DNA of 64,000 nucleotides from NCBI GenBank assembly GCA_951406725.2, contig OX597827.1, positions 75,454,001-75,518,000 on the forward strand, written 5' to 3'. This document shows, in pieces, positions 1 through 12,530 of the stretch. Source of the DNA: Octopus vulgaris. Lineage: Eukaryota. Made by a program: the position numbers and the translations under genes. The notes beneath the pieces are model-generated. The model searched no databases, had not been told where the DNA came from, and saw only the letters and a program-made list of their open reading frames with translations. The stretch's first letter is position 1, and the number at the start of each line of letters is the position of its first letter.

Positions 1-212
1 TGTCGCATAAACCGCACCTTCCGCTGCCGTTAGTATAGGGCTTACATCTGGCCAAAATCTTCCATTGTATGTTATAATCGACACCTTTATCTCTTAAAGA
101 CCAAATATGATTGGATAATTGTGTCGCTTTTCTTTTGTTCCAGTGCCTAAAGCTCAAAGTGTGGTTATTGAACCTGGCCTTGAAATTACCCTCTGTCAGG
201 CCCACGTATTTC
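1..212 (-). mobile_element. Penelope-like element fragment (GIY-YIG endonuclease region)
   Basis: Minus strand translates to KYVGLTEGNFKARFNNHTLSFRHWNKRKATQLSNHIWSLRDKGVDYNIQWKILARCKPYTNGSGRCGLCD, typical of PLE GIY-YIG C-termini. Confidence 0.8.
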
Positions 213-299
213 TTCGTCGAAACGGTACATAATATTGAGGTCTCTTTCTTTCTTTTGTTATCTTACCGTTTTATCAATATATATATATATATATATATG

Positions 300-455
300 A
301 TCTAAACAGTCAGATGAACGGGAACGTGAAACTCTGAGTAGCACTTTCTGTGGTATTTTTGTGATGTTTTTGCAGCTTTATCAATAATAAAGCATATTAC
401 TCTACCTCCGGTTCTCGAGTACTATTTTTTCCCATCATTTATGTACTTACTTTGG

Positions 456-458
<3 letters not shown>
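300..458 (+). mobile_element. Short microsatellite-embedded element with degenerate hammerhead motif (same family as 39530-39608 and 62896-63190)
   Basis: cagatgaACGggaaCGTgaaactctgagta followed by ...aataaagcatattactctac..., which is shared with the reverse complement of 62930-63040. Flanked by (TA)n on both sides. Confidence 0.65.
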
Positions 459-507
<49 letters not shown>

Positions 508-863
508 CCGAAATTGCTAAGATGATCCGGTTCCCGACTGAAGATTAGAGGCTTCGAATGACCCGTCTGTTTTTTTGTGTCGTCTCTTTGTGTGGTTTGC
601 GTTCTTGTCCCCTTTTGTAATTTTTTTATACATAATTTATATATATATATATATATATATATTCAGTTAGAGCTTAAATTAGCCTCATTAAGGGTTTTTC
701 TGTTGCCTAACTTGTTCATAGTACACACGCGCGTGAGCGCACTTATCTTTAATTCTTTCCGTCATTGGACTGTGGTCATACTGGGGCACACCTTGAAGGG
801 TTTTAGTCAAACTAATTAACCCCAATACTTATCTTTTTTAGGCGTGGCATTTATGAGTATAAT

Positions 864-865
<2 letters not shown>

Positions 866-938
<73 letters not shown>
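866..938 (+). repeat. (GATA)n microsatellite
   Basis: Perfect tetranucleotide run. Confidence 0.95.
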
Positions 939-978
939 CACACACACACATATATATATGTATATATACACACACAAA

Positions 979-1232
979 CGCAGGAGTAGCTGTGTGGTAA
1001 GAAGCTTGCTTTCCAACCACATGGTTCTGGGTTCAGTCCCACTGCGTGGCACCTTGGGCAAGTATCTTCTACCATAGCCTCGGACCGACCGAAGCCTTGT
1101 GAGTGGATTTGGTAGACGGAAACTGAAAGAAGCCCGTCGTGTATATATATATATATATGCAACACACAAATACATTCATATACATACATACATACATACA
1201 TACATACATACATACATACATACATACATACA

Positions 1233-1263
<31 letters not shown>

Positions 1264-1455
1264 GTGTGTGTGTATATGAATGTATTTGTGTGTCTGTGTT
1301 TGACAACCGATGTCGGTGTGTTTACGTTCCCGTAACTAGCGGCTCGGCAGAACAGTGACCGATATAAGTGTAGGCTTACAAAGATTAAGATCTGGGGTTG
1401 ATTTGTTCGACTAAATGCGGTGCTCCAGTCAAATAACTGAAACAAGTAAAAGAAT
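979..1455 (+). mobile_element. tRNA-derived SINE family A with internal microsatellite
   Basis: Head cgcaggagtagctgtgtggtaag...gggttcagtccc (A/B-box-like), body ccttgggcaag...gaaactgaaagaagcccgtcg, expanded (TACA)n, tail gactgaaacaagtaaaaga. More than 15 homologous copies occur in the window. Confidence 0.9.
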
Positions 1456-2519
1456 CTATATATATATATGTTTGTATGTATGTATGTATGAATATATATA
1501 TTGATACATACATACAAACATACATACATACATACATACATACATACATACATACATACATACATACATACATGTGCACATACACCCACATACAGACTGG
1601 TGTTGATCTGCATCGGTAAGACTTTATACTACGTACTAAAATCGATAAACCCTTCCTTATCTCTCAAATCCCTTCTCACCTTACTCACGACTTTGCCAGC
1701 TTCTCCTCATCCCGTTTCTTCTTGATGCAAACAAAACTTTAACCTACAAAAAATTCCACACTCAACTGATTCATATTGGCAAGAATGGCAAAGGGGACAC
1801 CCCCCCCCCCAATTCAACTGATTAAATTCTTAATGTGGACATAGGGCGAGAGGAGAGATTGATGGACAGCAAATCCTGTGACAACTATAGACATGTTTCA
1901 ATCTTATTATACCTCCTCAGTGAAACATTGTCATACTCGTGCTCACTAGACCTTAGAATAGTTGCAGTAATATTTTAGATTTGGAGTGAAAAAAGGGCAC
2001 TGATTAAGTAAAATGAAAATAATGTGAAGTAGGAAATTTCAGTCGAGATAACGACGACGACGATGATGATAATCCGTCCACCAAATCTAGTTTTTAATGT
2101 CGATGAATGTGAGCTGTTGTAGAAATGTTTACCTTCTGAAAAAAAAAAGGCGCCAGAATATAAAACAGTAAAATACCATCGCACATTATCGTTAGGAGTA
2201 AATGTCACTCAAGATTTGCTTTTTAAAAACCATTGCTTGTTTTATCATTGCGATACGACAACAACCACGGATGTGGTATTTAGATCTAAAATGCTTGTTA
2301 TACGGAAATCTAACAGAAAATTTAGTTTTACACAGAATTTGTTTCCAGTTTCATAAAAGAACAATGTTGAACCAACGTTACTCTTGCTTTTGGTTATTAT
2401 TCAAATCTCAATTCACTCCAAACGTTGTTTCCCACTGAAGTTTTCATTCCGCTAACTTCACTGCTACAGCTTATAACTATATTGACATATTTCCGTTTTC
2501 AAAGCATATTTGTCTAGGC

Positions 2520-2856
2520 CAGTTGTTCTCAACCATTTTTTACCTATGGACCCCTTTGGTTACTATTTTACTCTGGTGGACCCCCATAGCCAGTCGATGT
2601 TTAAAAACTAGTTTTATAGAAACTTCTTTCAAAATTCCTATTTTGTTTTTCACACATTAATTTGAGTAAGTTGAATTTTGTAAAATGCTCTAGAAATAAA
2701 CTTAGTTGTTTCTTGCAATACATACATTTGAAGGAAAAAATTTCAGGGTCCCCTAAAATACTATTGTGGATCCACTATTTACTATTTTATTATGTGGACC
2801 TTCAAAAATCTTATGTGGACGCTTAAGGTGATATGAACCTTAGTTGAGAACCACTG
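2520..2856. mobile_element. hAT (Charlie-like) MITE
   Basis: TIRs CAGTTGTTCTCAAC / GTTGAGAACCACTG. Flanks gtctaggc and atctaaaa resemble the NTCTAGAN target. Internal short repeats of tggaccc. Confidence 0.75.
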
Positions 2857-2889
2857 ATCTAAAACAACTTGTAAATCAGTTGATTACAG

Positions 2890-3400
2890 TGACTGATGAT
2901 AAGCAACAAGCTGTCAAAGAATTCTGGGGAAACTGCATTATGAAGCAATGAAAGACCTAATTGTCTCATTGGGATTTGGAGAAATTTGTGTCCATATTTA
3001 GTTAAGGAAAACCTTGAGATGTGGGATGAACAGTTTCAATGAGTATATTAGCCTTGTTAAAAGTGGTGCAAGAAGGCGATATGAAGAAGTTCATACAACT
3101 GATGTTCAGGATTTATTGCATGAGACCCTCACTTCTGAAAGTTTTAAGGAGTTAACAAAACTCCAAGGATCTACTTCAGATACTTGGAGATCTGAGCGAA
3201 GAAGAAATTTCCCCATAATTGGTTTTAACAACAAAGATATTAATTTAAACGTATTTTAGGACGACTTTCCGAAAACGATCCAAATTTTGGACGAAGTTTG
3301 AACGTTAAAAGATCTATGATGATATCGCTGAAATGTTTCTGAAAACTGCACAATTACGAGAAAGAAACAGCCAATGCTTGGGGGTCTTTTGATAAAAATA
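2890..3400 (+). mobile_element. Degenerate pogo/Tigger-like transposase relic
   Basis: Fragment YEEVHTTDVQDLLHETLTSESFKEL resembles Tigger C-terminal F.EV...DVEELL...LT.EDL. Many stops are present. Confidence 0.4.
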
Positions 3401-3977
3401 ATAGTTTAACTGAACCAGTAATATCGTATTAATTTTTTGTTGCTTCTGGGGGAGGGGTGCTTGAAGATCGCTTCACAACTACGTAGTCCTCGGTTCAGTT
3501 TCACTGAACGATACCTTACTCAACGTTGTGCTAGCGTCGGCTCTGGTTGACCAATGGCCTCTGTGTAGATGTGTGTGTGTGTGTACTATTGATTCATCTA
3601 ATCTTTAAGACTCAACTGTTCAATGGGGCAGATACTGTACTTCGTTCACTGGGACTGTAGGTTCTGAAGTCCAGCCAAATATATTTTTCTTGGTTTTAAA
3701 AATAAGGATATTGTACAACGTATTAAGAAATCTTAGGGCTTTCCCAATGTGGTCGTACCTGAGCAGAATATTATAGATACATAATGTCTTTGATTTCGTT
3801 CCAGCTTTAAGATTATTTACTTTTTCCCATAAAGACAAAAGAAATGATAGATAACTACCCTCAAGCTTCAAGTGGCAGCAAGTGTGTCACCAAAAAATAT
3901 GGTTTCCAAAGATGTTCTTTCTTATGATTGCACCTTCAATATTTCCTATGAAGTATTGCACCTTCGATATTACCATT

Positions 3978-4283
3978 GTGGAGGCGCAATGGCCCAAGTG
4001 ATTAGGGCAGCGAACTCACGGTCGGAGGATCGCGGTTTCGATTCCCAAACCAAGCGTTGTGTGTGTGTTTATTGAGCGAAAACACCTAAAGCTCCACGAG
4101 GCTCCGGCAGGGGGTGGTGGCGACCCCTGTTGTACTCTTTCGCCCCAACTTTCTCTCACGCTTCCTGTTTCTTGAGTAACGCTGCGATGAACTGGCGTCC
4201 CGTCCAGCTGGGGGGGGGGGAACACATACGCCACAGAAACCGGGAAACCGGGCACATGAGCCTGGCTAGGCTTGAAAAGGGCG
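3978..4283 (+). mobile_element. tRNA(Arg-like)-derived SINE family D; second partial copy at ~61818-61936 (-)
   Basis: Head ggaggcgcaatggcccaagtgattagggcagcg...ggtttcgattccc with A/B boxes and 3' ctgcgatgaactggcgtcccgtccag. The head is homologous to the reverse complement of 61818-61936. Confidence 0.75.
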
Positions 4284-4510
4284 AATGAGAATATTACCAT
4301 TATACCTGTGTTTCTCAAGGTGCACGGGCCACTGGTGGGGTGTGGGACTATTTTGGCGGAACGTGAGTTACTTCAGGATGGCGGTCTAAGTAAGTAACAA
4401 GTGAATAAATCTCGCAACACAGTTACCAGTGATTCAGACACATTTGGTAAACGTAAACTACCGGCATCTCAGCATATAACTTGAAGCGAAAATCGAAATG
4501 TAAATCTTAC

Positions 4511-4608
4511 GTCACCTGATGAGGTTCTTTTGTACTTTGCGTTGCATCTGGAGTCATTACATCGCCCCACGCCCAGTGCAGTACATAGACCGAAACGATT
4601 GTTGTGAT
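4511..4608 (+). ncRNA. Putative type-I hammerhead ribozyme (Penelope-type terminal repeat)
   Basis: gtcac-CTGATGA-ggtt...(tgtact/agtaca)...gacc-GAAAC-gatt-GTT-gtgat. Stems I, II and III can all be drawn. Followed by an AT-rich tail and (TG)n. Confidence 0.55.
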
Positions 4609-4655
4609 AATGAATGCTTCTAGTTACACCCCGTCTTCTGTATTAATCATTTAAA

Positions 4656-4694
<39 letters not shown>

Positions 4695-5502
4695 CTAACT
4701 TTATTAGTTCATAGAGGGAGCATGTTTTTTGTTTTGTTTTATTTTTTAATGAAAAGGAACGTGGTAAAAAGGGTTAGAGAAACACTACTTCATACCATCA
4801 CAAGATCAAACGCTCCGAAAAATACGATTTCCAAAGAAATTTTGGATTTCGTGGTATTCTATAAACTTCCAGTAAGTTTATAGTTTTCAGAATAACAGGA
4901 GTTTGCACTGAAATAAAATAATAAAACACTCGCTTCGATCTCATGGCTCCGAGTTCGATTCCTACTGCGCAACACCTTCAGCAAGTTTCTTTAAATATTG
5001 CTTTGATTCCTCCTAAACTTTGTTAGTGAAATCGGTGAAACGAAAACTAAACGAAAGTATTTGGGGTGCACCTGTTGTTGGGTGGTGTGACTAAAGAAAG
5101 AATGACTGAATTCAGAAAGACAGACTAAGAACTGGGTGTGTCGTCGCTGGAAATGGTGGGAAAGGAAAAGAGAGACGGGGTGGGGGAGAAATGACGAGGA
5201 GGAGGAGGATGGGGAGGAAGGAGGAGGAGGATCTTGTCATGGGTTGGAAGTTCCCACGCGGTCTGCTGTCATAAAGGAAAAACTGGTTGGAAATGTAAAA
5301 AGGCTTAAGGTTATCTATCAAAAAGCTGATTTCACCATCTGACTTACTCCTCCTTCTCCTACTACTATTACTGCTGCTGCTGCTGTCAAAATCGCAAACC
5401 TTTTTCTTCTTTTTTTTAATGTATTTTGATTTTTTTACATATAGCTTTTATTACTACTACGGCTGCAATCAGCCCCACTATACTACTACCACCACCACCA
5501 CA

Positions 5503-5537
<35 letters not shown>

Positions 5538-5582
5538 ATGATGACTTAATCTACCATCTACGTATCCACTGACAACCACGTT

Positions 5583-6175
5583 AAGGCAGCGAACTGGCTG
5601 AATCGTTAGCACGCCGGGAAAAAAGTCTAATGGCCTATCGTCCGTCTTTATGTTCTGAGTTCAAATTCCGTCGGGATCGACTTTGCCTTTCTTCCTTTCG
5701 GGATCAATGTAATCGATTAGTCCCCTCCCCCCAAATTTCAGGTTTTGTGCCTTTGGTAGAAAGGATTACTATTTTCATTAATGGGGAGGAAAGCTGGCAG
5801 AACCGTTAGCATACAGGGCAAAATCCTGAGCGGCATTTCGCCCGTCTTCACGTCCTGAGTTCAAATTCCACCGAGGTCGACTTCGACCTTCGTCCTTCCG
5901 AGGTATTAAAATAATCGACTTACCCTCTCCCCCCAAATTGCTGGCCTTGTGTTAAAATTTGAAACCATTATTATTATTATCATTAATAAGGCGGCGAACT
6001 GGCGGAATCGTTTGCGCATCGGACAGAATGCTTAGCGGCTTTATGAGTTCGACTTTTCCTTTCATCCATTGGAGGTCGATGAAATAAATACCGGTTGAGC
6101 ACCAGGTCGATATAGTCGACTTCCCCTCCCCTCAAAAGTGCTGACCTTGTGTCAAATTTAGAAAGAATTATTATT
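5583..6175 (+). mobile_element. Three tandem older copies of tRNA-derived SINE family B
   Basis: Repeated aaggcggcgaactggc.gaatcgttagc...gagttcaaattcc.ccgaggtcgactttgcctttc motif with (ATT)n tails. Confidence 0.8.
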
Positions 6176-6499
6176 AATGATAATAATTCTAATTGTACAA
6201 GGCTAGTAATTTCGAGGTGGGGAACAAGTCCATTACATCGACCCTAGTACTCTACTAATACTTTATTTTATCGATCTCTAAAGAATGAAAAGCCGTGTCC
6301 ACCTCGGTGGAATTTGGTCTCAAAATATAAAACGCACCGAAAAAAATGTCGCGAAGCATTTTTGTCTGCGGCGCTAATGCTTCTGCAAGTTTGCTGCCTT
6401 GAATATGTTTCTTTATTAACTACTAAAAGTTTACACAGAGCAAAGACGAGACGACACTGGGCGATACAATACAATAAGATACGATGAGGGATTCCTTGA

Positions 6500-7460
6500 A
6501 GGCATGTCAACAGTAAACTAATAAAAAAGAAACCAAAGATTTAGACAAGAAAATATCCCCACCAGCGGGGAGACTTCTGAAGGCTGTTCGTGGACACACC
6601 CCACCCAAACTAAGGTCACCTTGAACACTGAAGCTATCTCTCATCCTCCTCCAACGATCTTGGGGCGCATGCTCAGAACAGACCCATCTTTGCCACTTGA
6701 CCCAACTTTCAATAATTTTTTCGAAAGGCAGCGTTTCCTTCCACGTCCTTACTTTCGTTTTCAATTGGAACTTGAAAATTTGATGCGGTCTTCGTCACAG
6801 AAGGTATCTACCCTCCGGCTTTTCAATCAAGGAAAACACAGGACGATCTTCCCAGTGGACTCAATCGATAGCCGAATTGGAACCAGGTGTTCCACATGAA
6901 CCCAGAAATGCTCGAGCACTGAACGAGTGCGTGCAGAACAGTTTCGTCGCTTTGCGCACATCTCAAACAGGCATAGTTAACAGCACCCACCATACATCTA
7001 GAATTTATCTTGAACTGGTGATGACCCCCACCCTCCAACTCCGGTAGCGCTGTCAGGACCATAATTTCTGGAAATTATCCATAGACCTCGACCAGTTCAT
7101 TCTCGTCGCTCTTTCCCGCCACCAAACCTCTAGAGAACGCCAAATTAGAAATTCTCATCCACTGTACTGGCAGAGAACTGTAAGTGCTTGACGGCACCCT
7201 CCTCTGATCCAGGACTGCAGCTCAGTGAAAGAGATGAGGTGTGGAAAAAGAGCAAGTCCCGTAAACGGCGACCACACCTGCCCAACATCAAAGAAACGCT
7301 GGTAGTATCGACGCGCCATCATCCACGGCATGCCCAGTCCTCCATTCAGCAGCTGTTGACAACAAACGGAGCACCTAACCAGTGGGACACTTTCCTTCCA
7401 CAGAAAGCGGAAGAGCCTCCATTCCGACCAGACGTGAACTGGGGCAAGGTATGATGGTGA
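6500..7460 (-). mobile_element. Tx1/L1-clade LINE ORF2 3' relic
   Basis: Minus-strand peptides YACLRCAQSDETVLHALVQC (C-terminal CCHC knuckle) and KTKVRTWKETLPFEKIIESWV, plus GGLGMP upstream. Frameshifted. Confidence 0.7.
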
Positions 7461-7477
7461 GGTGATACTATGTAACG

Positions 7478-7707
7478 GAGGCGAGCTGGCAGAAACCTTA
7501 GCACGCCGGGCGAAATGTTTAGCGGTATTTCGTCTGCCGTTACGTTCTGAGTTCGAATTCCGCCGAGGTCGACTTTGCCTTTCATCCTTTCGGGGTCGAT
7601 TAAATGAGTACCAGTTACACACTGGGGTCGATAAAATCGACTTAATCTGTTTGTCTGTCCTTGTTTGTTCCCTCTGTGTTTAGCCCCTTGTGGGTAGTAA
7701 AGAAATA
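7478..7707 (+). mobile_element. SINE family B, young copy with TSD
   Basis: Full consensus with central gaggtcgactttgcctttcatcctttcggggtcgat..aa.gagtaccag domain (resembles the MetaSINE/Sauria-type core, from memory). Flanked by gatactatgta direct repeats. Confidence 0.9.
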
Positions 7708-7899
7708 GATACTATGTACCGGAGGCAATATGTACGTGCGCGCACGTGTGTGTATGCGTGCGCGAGTGCGCACTCACACACACACACAATAATAAAACAA
7801 TTCTTTATATAAAGTAATTTGAAATGTATATTCAAGGCTGTGTCCACAGCATGACATCAGTCAAATAACAAGTCGTTGAATAAAATAGTATGAGTTCCA

Positions 7900-8520
7900 A
7901 ACGAGTGGCAGTCACTAAGAACCAGTCAAAGAACTCCCTCCTACACGAACCAAATTATCCAAATTAAGACATCACCTTGACTAGCTTGAACCCAACATAA
8001 CAACTGCGTTTCAAGAATAGGAGACCCTTCTTCAACCCCCGCTTTACTCGCCATCTCTCTTTTCAGCGAACTTCTTGAGGGCCGCACTTCCTACTCCACC
8101 TTGAACAAGTGGTACTTGAAGAAGTTGATGAGGGCTTGGTCGAAGAGGAGAAAATGCCCTGTACGTACTTAGTCATCTTTTATCTATTGCACAAACTTTT
8201 GGTGTTGTAGCCAAAAGACAAAACAGCCAGCCTTCCTGCCAAACGAAAGCAGCAGCACTGATACTTTTGAGTTGAAAGTCCATCAGCTGTTGACCCCTGC
8301 TCTTAGCATGCCAGCTTTGCTATTGCCCAGGCAGATCGCTCGAAGGAAAAACCTGATAATATCTGGTTTCTTTTTTTTTTATTTATTTAGTTATTTATTG
8401 CTCAGTCAGGAGAAAGGGCAGTGCCCACGGCTCTCTCCTGGCTACAGAATCTGGTGGAAAGGGAAAGAGGAGAGTATCCTCAAACCGGAGATCTGGTTCG
8501 AATACTTGCAAGTGGACCCT
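7900..8520 (-). mobile_element. Second, more decayed Tx1/L1-like relic
   Basis: Minus strand gives DQALINFFKYHLFKV, and composition resembles the 6500-7460 relic. Confidence 0.4.
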
Positions 8521-9099
8521 GTGGTGATATTAAATTGGACAACCACCTAATTCGTCTGCGGCAGGAGTTGAACTCGGTGCGCAAAGAACTGGAACAAGAT
8601 CCTTTATGCATCTAGTTTAATATTCTAAGGATTCTTGTAATCCAAGCTCCAAGCTGGTATTGTTTTCTATCGACCCCGAAAACATGACAAGCAACATTGA
8701 CTAGGAAGGAATTGAACTCGGAACGTAAGAAACTGAAATAAATACCACAAGGTATTTTGTGTTTGCAGAGAAAGCTTTCTCTTAGCTCATGCTCTTTGAT
8801 TGAGCTGCAATTCGGGATAAACTATGAATCTCATCTATAGTGTTGCTCACAGCACTCCACTGACCTGATGGTGCTGTCGGTGGTAAAACGACTCAGTCAT
8901 CCCACTGAGTGGAAGACATGAGTGACAATGGCCTGGGATGTTACTCTGAATGTCAAATCAAGACACACTGAGCTACTCATCAGGAATAATTCCGCCTAGG
9001 TCGACTTTGCTTTCATCCTTTTGGGATCGATAAATTAGGTACCATTTGCGTATTGGGGTCGATAGAATCGACTGGCCCCCTCCCCAAAAATTTCGGGCC

Positions 9100-9644
9100 T
9101 TGTTCTATGTCACACTGGTGAGACCCATATTGGAGTACGGGATTCAAGCCTCTTCTCCTTATCTCCTCAAAGACATACAGCATCTCGAAAGAGTCCAGAA
9201 GCTGGCTACCCGCATGGTTCATGGTCTCAAAAATTTGTCCTACGAAGAAAGGCTGAGGACGCTCGACCTTTATTCTCTTCAAAAATGCCGCCGCCGTGGT
9301 GATCTCATTCTCGCCCACAACATCATAAGCGGAAAGTGTAACCTCTCGAAAGAGCTGTTCTTCACTCCTGCTCCAGAGCGTCGGCTGCGGGGTCACTCCG
9401 AAAAGCTCTACCTGCGACGATTTCATCTCAATCGCAGGAGTAGAGCTTTCTCCGTCCGGGTTGCGGATCCGTGGAACAAGCTGCCAGACGAGATGGTGAA
9501 GATGCCGACGACCGCTTTGTTCAAAGCCTCCCTGGACCTCAAGTGGCCTGAACTCTTTACATGAACACCACCCTGTACTTAACTCCATGTCCCCCTACAT
9601 GGCCTTGCTATTTGCTTTTGAGCCAAATTAACTAACTAACTAAC
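9100..9644 (+). mobile_element. CR1-clade LINE, 5'-truncated 3' end, joined to a SINE-B fragment (8988-9100)
   Basis: Uninterrupted YVTLVRPILEYG..SPYLLKDIQHLERVQKLATR...YEERL..LDL.SL..RRRGDLI...RGH..KL...FSVRV...WNKLP, the classic CR1 ORF2 C-terminus. Short 3' UTR and (CTAA)n tail. Confidence 0.93.
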
Positions 9645-9825
9645 ATTTATTTCTTAGTAAATGTATATTTGGTCAAATTTTCCATACAACTTTTATTGTT
9701 TGCTGTTTATTCTGTAAATTAGACGTGGGAAAACATCTAACGAAAAGGTACCTTTTTTTTTTTTCTAGTGGTGCAGTCCGCCTGATCATAAGCTATGTCT
9801 TTTGCGGTTCGCTTCTCGAAAAGGT

Positions 9826-10033
9826 TTACTCTTTTACTTGTTTCAGTCATTTGACTGCGGCCATGCAGGAGCACCGCCTTTAGTCGAGCAAATCGACCCC
9901 GGGACTTATTCTTTGTAAGCCCAGTACTTATTCTATCAGTCTCTTTTGCCGAACCGCTAAGTGACGGGGACGTAAACACACCAGCATCGGTTGTCAAGCA
10001 ATGCTAGGGGGACAAACACAGATACACAAACAT

Positions 10034-10064
<31 letters not shown>

Positions 10065-10235
10065 CATATATACGACAGGCTTCTTTCAGTTTCCGTCTAC
10101 CAAATCCACTCACAAGGCTTTGGTCGGCCCGAGGCTATAGTAGAAGACACTTGCCCAAGGTGCCACGCAGTGGGACCGAACCCGGAACCATGTGGTTGGT
10201 AAACAAGCTACTTACCACACAGCCACTCCTGCGCC
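9826..10235 (-). mobile_element. SINE family A, full length
   Basis: Reverse complement of the family A consensus. Confidence 0.9.
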
Positions 10236-10493
10236 ATAATTGTAAGTCTTAATCAATTTATCTAGCTGTAAACCTTTTTTCTTCTCTCTCTCTCTCTCTC
10301 TTTTCATACTAGAAATGGGCCTAATGTCGAAACATTAATAGTTTTCCTTTCCTTCAACATTAATAGTTTTCCTTTCCTTCAACATTAATACACATATATT
10401 TACCTTTATTCCTTTCTATTTACTAGTTACCGTAACAGACCCCCGGGGAAATATTTCAATCCCGTGCTGTAGTACTTAAGACGTATTACAGAA

Positions 10494-10709
10494 AGCGAGC
10501 TGGCTGAAACGTTAGCACGCCGGGCGAAATGCTTAGCGGTATTTCGTCTGCGTTACGTTGTGAGTTCAAATTCCGCCGAGGTCGACTTTGCCTTTCATCC
10601 TTTCGAGGTCGATAAATTAAGACTGGGGTCGATGTAATCGACTTAATACCTATGTCTGTCCTTGTTTGTCCCCTCTGTGTTTAGCCCCTTGTGGGTAATA
10701 AAGAAATAG
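10494..10709 (+). mobile_element. SINE family B with TSD gtattacagaaa
   Basis: Family B consensus, with the 12-bp direct repeat at 10482-10493 and 10710-10721. Confidence 0.9.
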
Positions 10710-11188
10710 GTATTACAGAAAAACAAACAGCAACAACAACAGCGGTAATATATAACAACAATGAGGAAAGCTATCCTATTCTTGAACATTGTCTGTCACC
10801 ATTGCCATGTTGTATGTTTTTATCATCAGTCAGACATTTTCTCGATTGATTCTTTGTTGAATGAATCACCTTTATTCGTGGCAGCTTCAAACAATGGTGG
10901 TTTCTTTGTATAGATTGCGCTTTAGCCGAGATTTATCTGAATGTTTAGACACCAATTGTTGTAACACCGCTATTCATTGCAGACAAACGATATACAAACT
11001 ACTGCAGTGTTTTTATTTTTCTTGTTCTAAACATTTGTTAATATTGCAGTTTATCAAAACTAAATTTCACAAAGACTCTCGCCTTTAGATACAAAGAAAG
11101 CAATAGTTTTGGGGGCTTTTTATTTTCGTTGTTTTTCCCTTTTTTTTTTGCATCTGATACAAAGAATCGTCATTGAGAAGAGTTGCAA

Positions 11189-11757
11189 AGGCTGTGAGCT
11201 GGCAGAAACGTTCTGAGTTCAAATTCCGCCGAGGTCGACTTTGCCTTTCATCCTTTCAGGGTCGATAAATTAAGCACCAGTTACGCACTGGGGTCGATGT
11301 AATCGACTTAATCCCTTTCTATGTCCTTGTTTGTCCCCTCTATGTCTAGCCCCTAGTGGGCAATAAAGAAATAAGAAACGTTAGCACGCCGGGCGAAATA
11401 CGTAGCCGTATTTCGTCTGCCGTTACGTTCTGAGTTCAAATTCCGCCGAGGTCGACTTTGCCTTTCATCCTTTCGGGGTCGATTGAATTAAGTACTAGTT
11501 ACGCACTGGGGTCGATATAATCGACGTAATTCGTTTGACTGTCCTTGTTTGTCCTCTCTGTGTTTAGCCCCTTGTGGGTAGTAAAGAAATAGGTATTTCG
11601 TCTGCCGCTACGTTCTGAGTTCAAATTCCACCGAGGTCGACTTTGTCTTTCGTCCTTTCGGGGTCGATAAATTAAGTACCAGTTGTGTAATGGGGTCGAT
11701 CTAATCGATTGGTCCCCTCCCCCAAAATTTCGGACCTTGTGCCTTGAGTAGAAAAGA
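11189..11757 (+). mobile_element. Head-to-tail trimer of SINE family B
   Basis: Three consecutive gagttcaaattcc.ccgaggtcgactttg cores. The flank attgagaagagtt is repeated at ~11172 and ~11757, suggesting a TSD around the whole trimer. Confidence 0.85.
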
Positions 11758-12229
11758 TTGAGAAGAGTTTTGGAGTATTTGTTCCGACATTCTACGATTT
11801 GAGTTCAAATCTTACTGATGTCAACTTTGCCTTTCAACCTTTCAGGGTTGATGAAAAATGCATCAATCCAGAAATTTGCATTGATAAAACTGTTAGAGAA
11901 TCGGGCAAGATACCTTGTAGTATTTGTTCCGATTCCTTACATTCTGACAATGTCTGCGATAACACTGGTGCCAAGCTATGTCGGCCCTTACTCTTCCTTG
12001 CTCAAAATCAGTGATGGGGACAGGAGAGAGGGGAGACTTAAATACAAGGGCCACAACTGGACTTCCATAAAAAAAAAATCATTTTCCAAGGTTTGCGCCT
12101 TGGAGAAGAACTTTTTTTTGAAGCAGATCCCTGATCTCATGAGACACACAGAGTACCCCTTGTGAGTGCGCACGCGCGTGTGTATGTACATACACATACA
12201 TACATACACACACCCATATATATATAAGC

Positions 12230-12530
12230 CATTGAAGAGGGTGTCCGAAACTCCGTCATGAGGATGCCATCAAATGAAACAAGTGGCCAGATTGTGGCTG
12301 TATAGAGAAAGACAGCAACTGACCGCAAACAATGGTGGAAGCCTAAAAGAATGTGTAAATATTGCAGAGTCAAACTGGATGAAGCAAGAGGAAGAAAAGA
12401 GACGAGGAACTAGAGCAAGATCTTCTAACACCAGGTCTACCAAAAGGATTTCACAATTGCTGCAACGAGGGTTGTGTCAGGACTTTTGGCCTACGACGCT
12501 CTCACGAAAGAGAGAAACAGCGTTGACCTT
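12230..12530 (+). mobile_element. RTE-type LINE 3' relic
   Basis: Decayed ..TATDRKQWWK.LKECVNIAESNW..QEEEKRR..R...C..C....GL..H pattern typical of RTE ORF C-termini. Confidence 0.5.

Noticed and set aside
3978-4055. tRNA-like sequence
   Set aside because: SINE head. The acceptor stem is not intact and it continues into the SINE body, so it is not a tRNA gene.
5136-5342. Acidic/Gly-rich 68-aa ORF
   Set aside because: Low-complexity (GGA)n sequence with no recognisable domain or convincing splice context.
10001-10252. Recurrent ORFs 'ASFSFRLPNPLTRLWSARGYSRRHLPKVPRSGTEPGTMW' suggesting a gene family
   Set aside because: Antisense translation of SINE family A.
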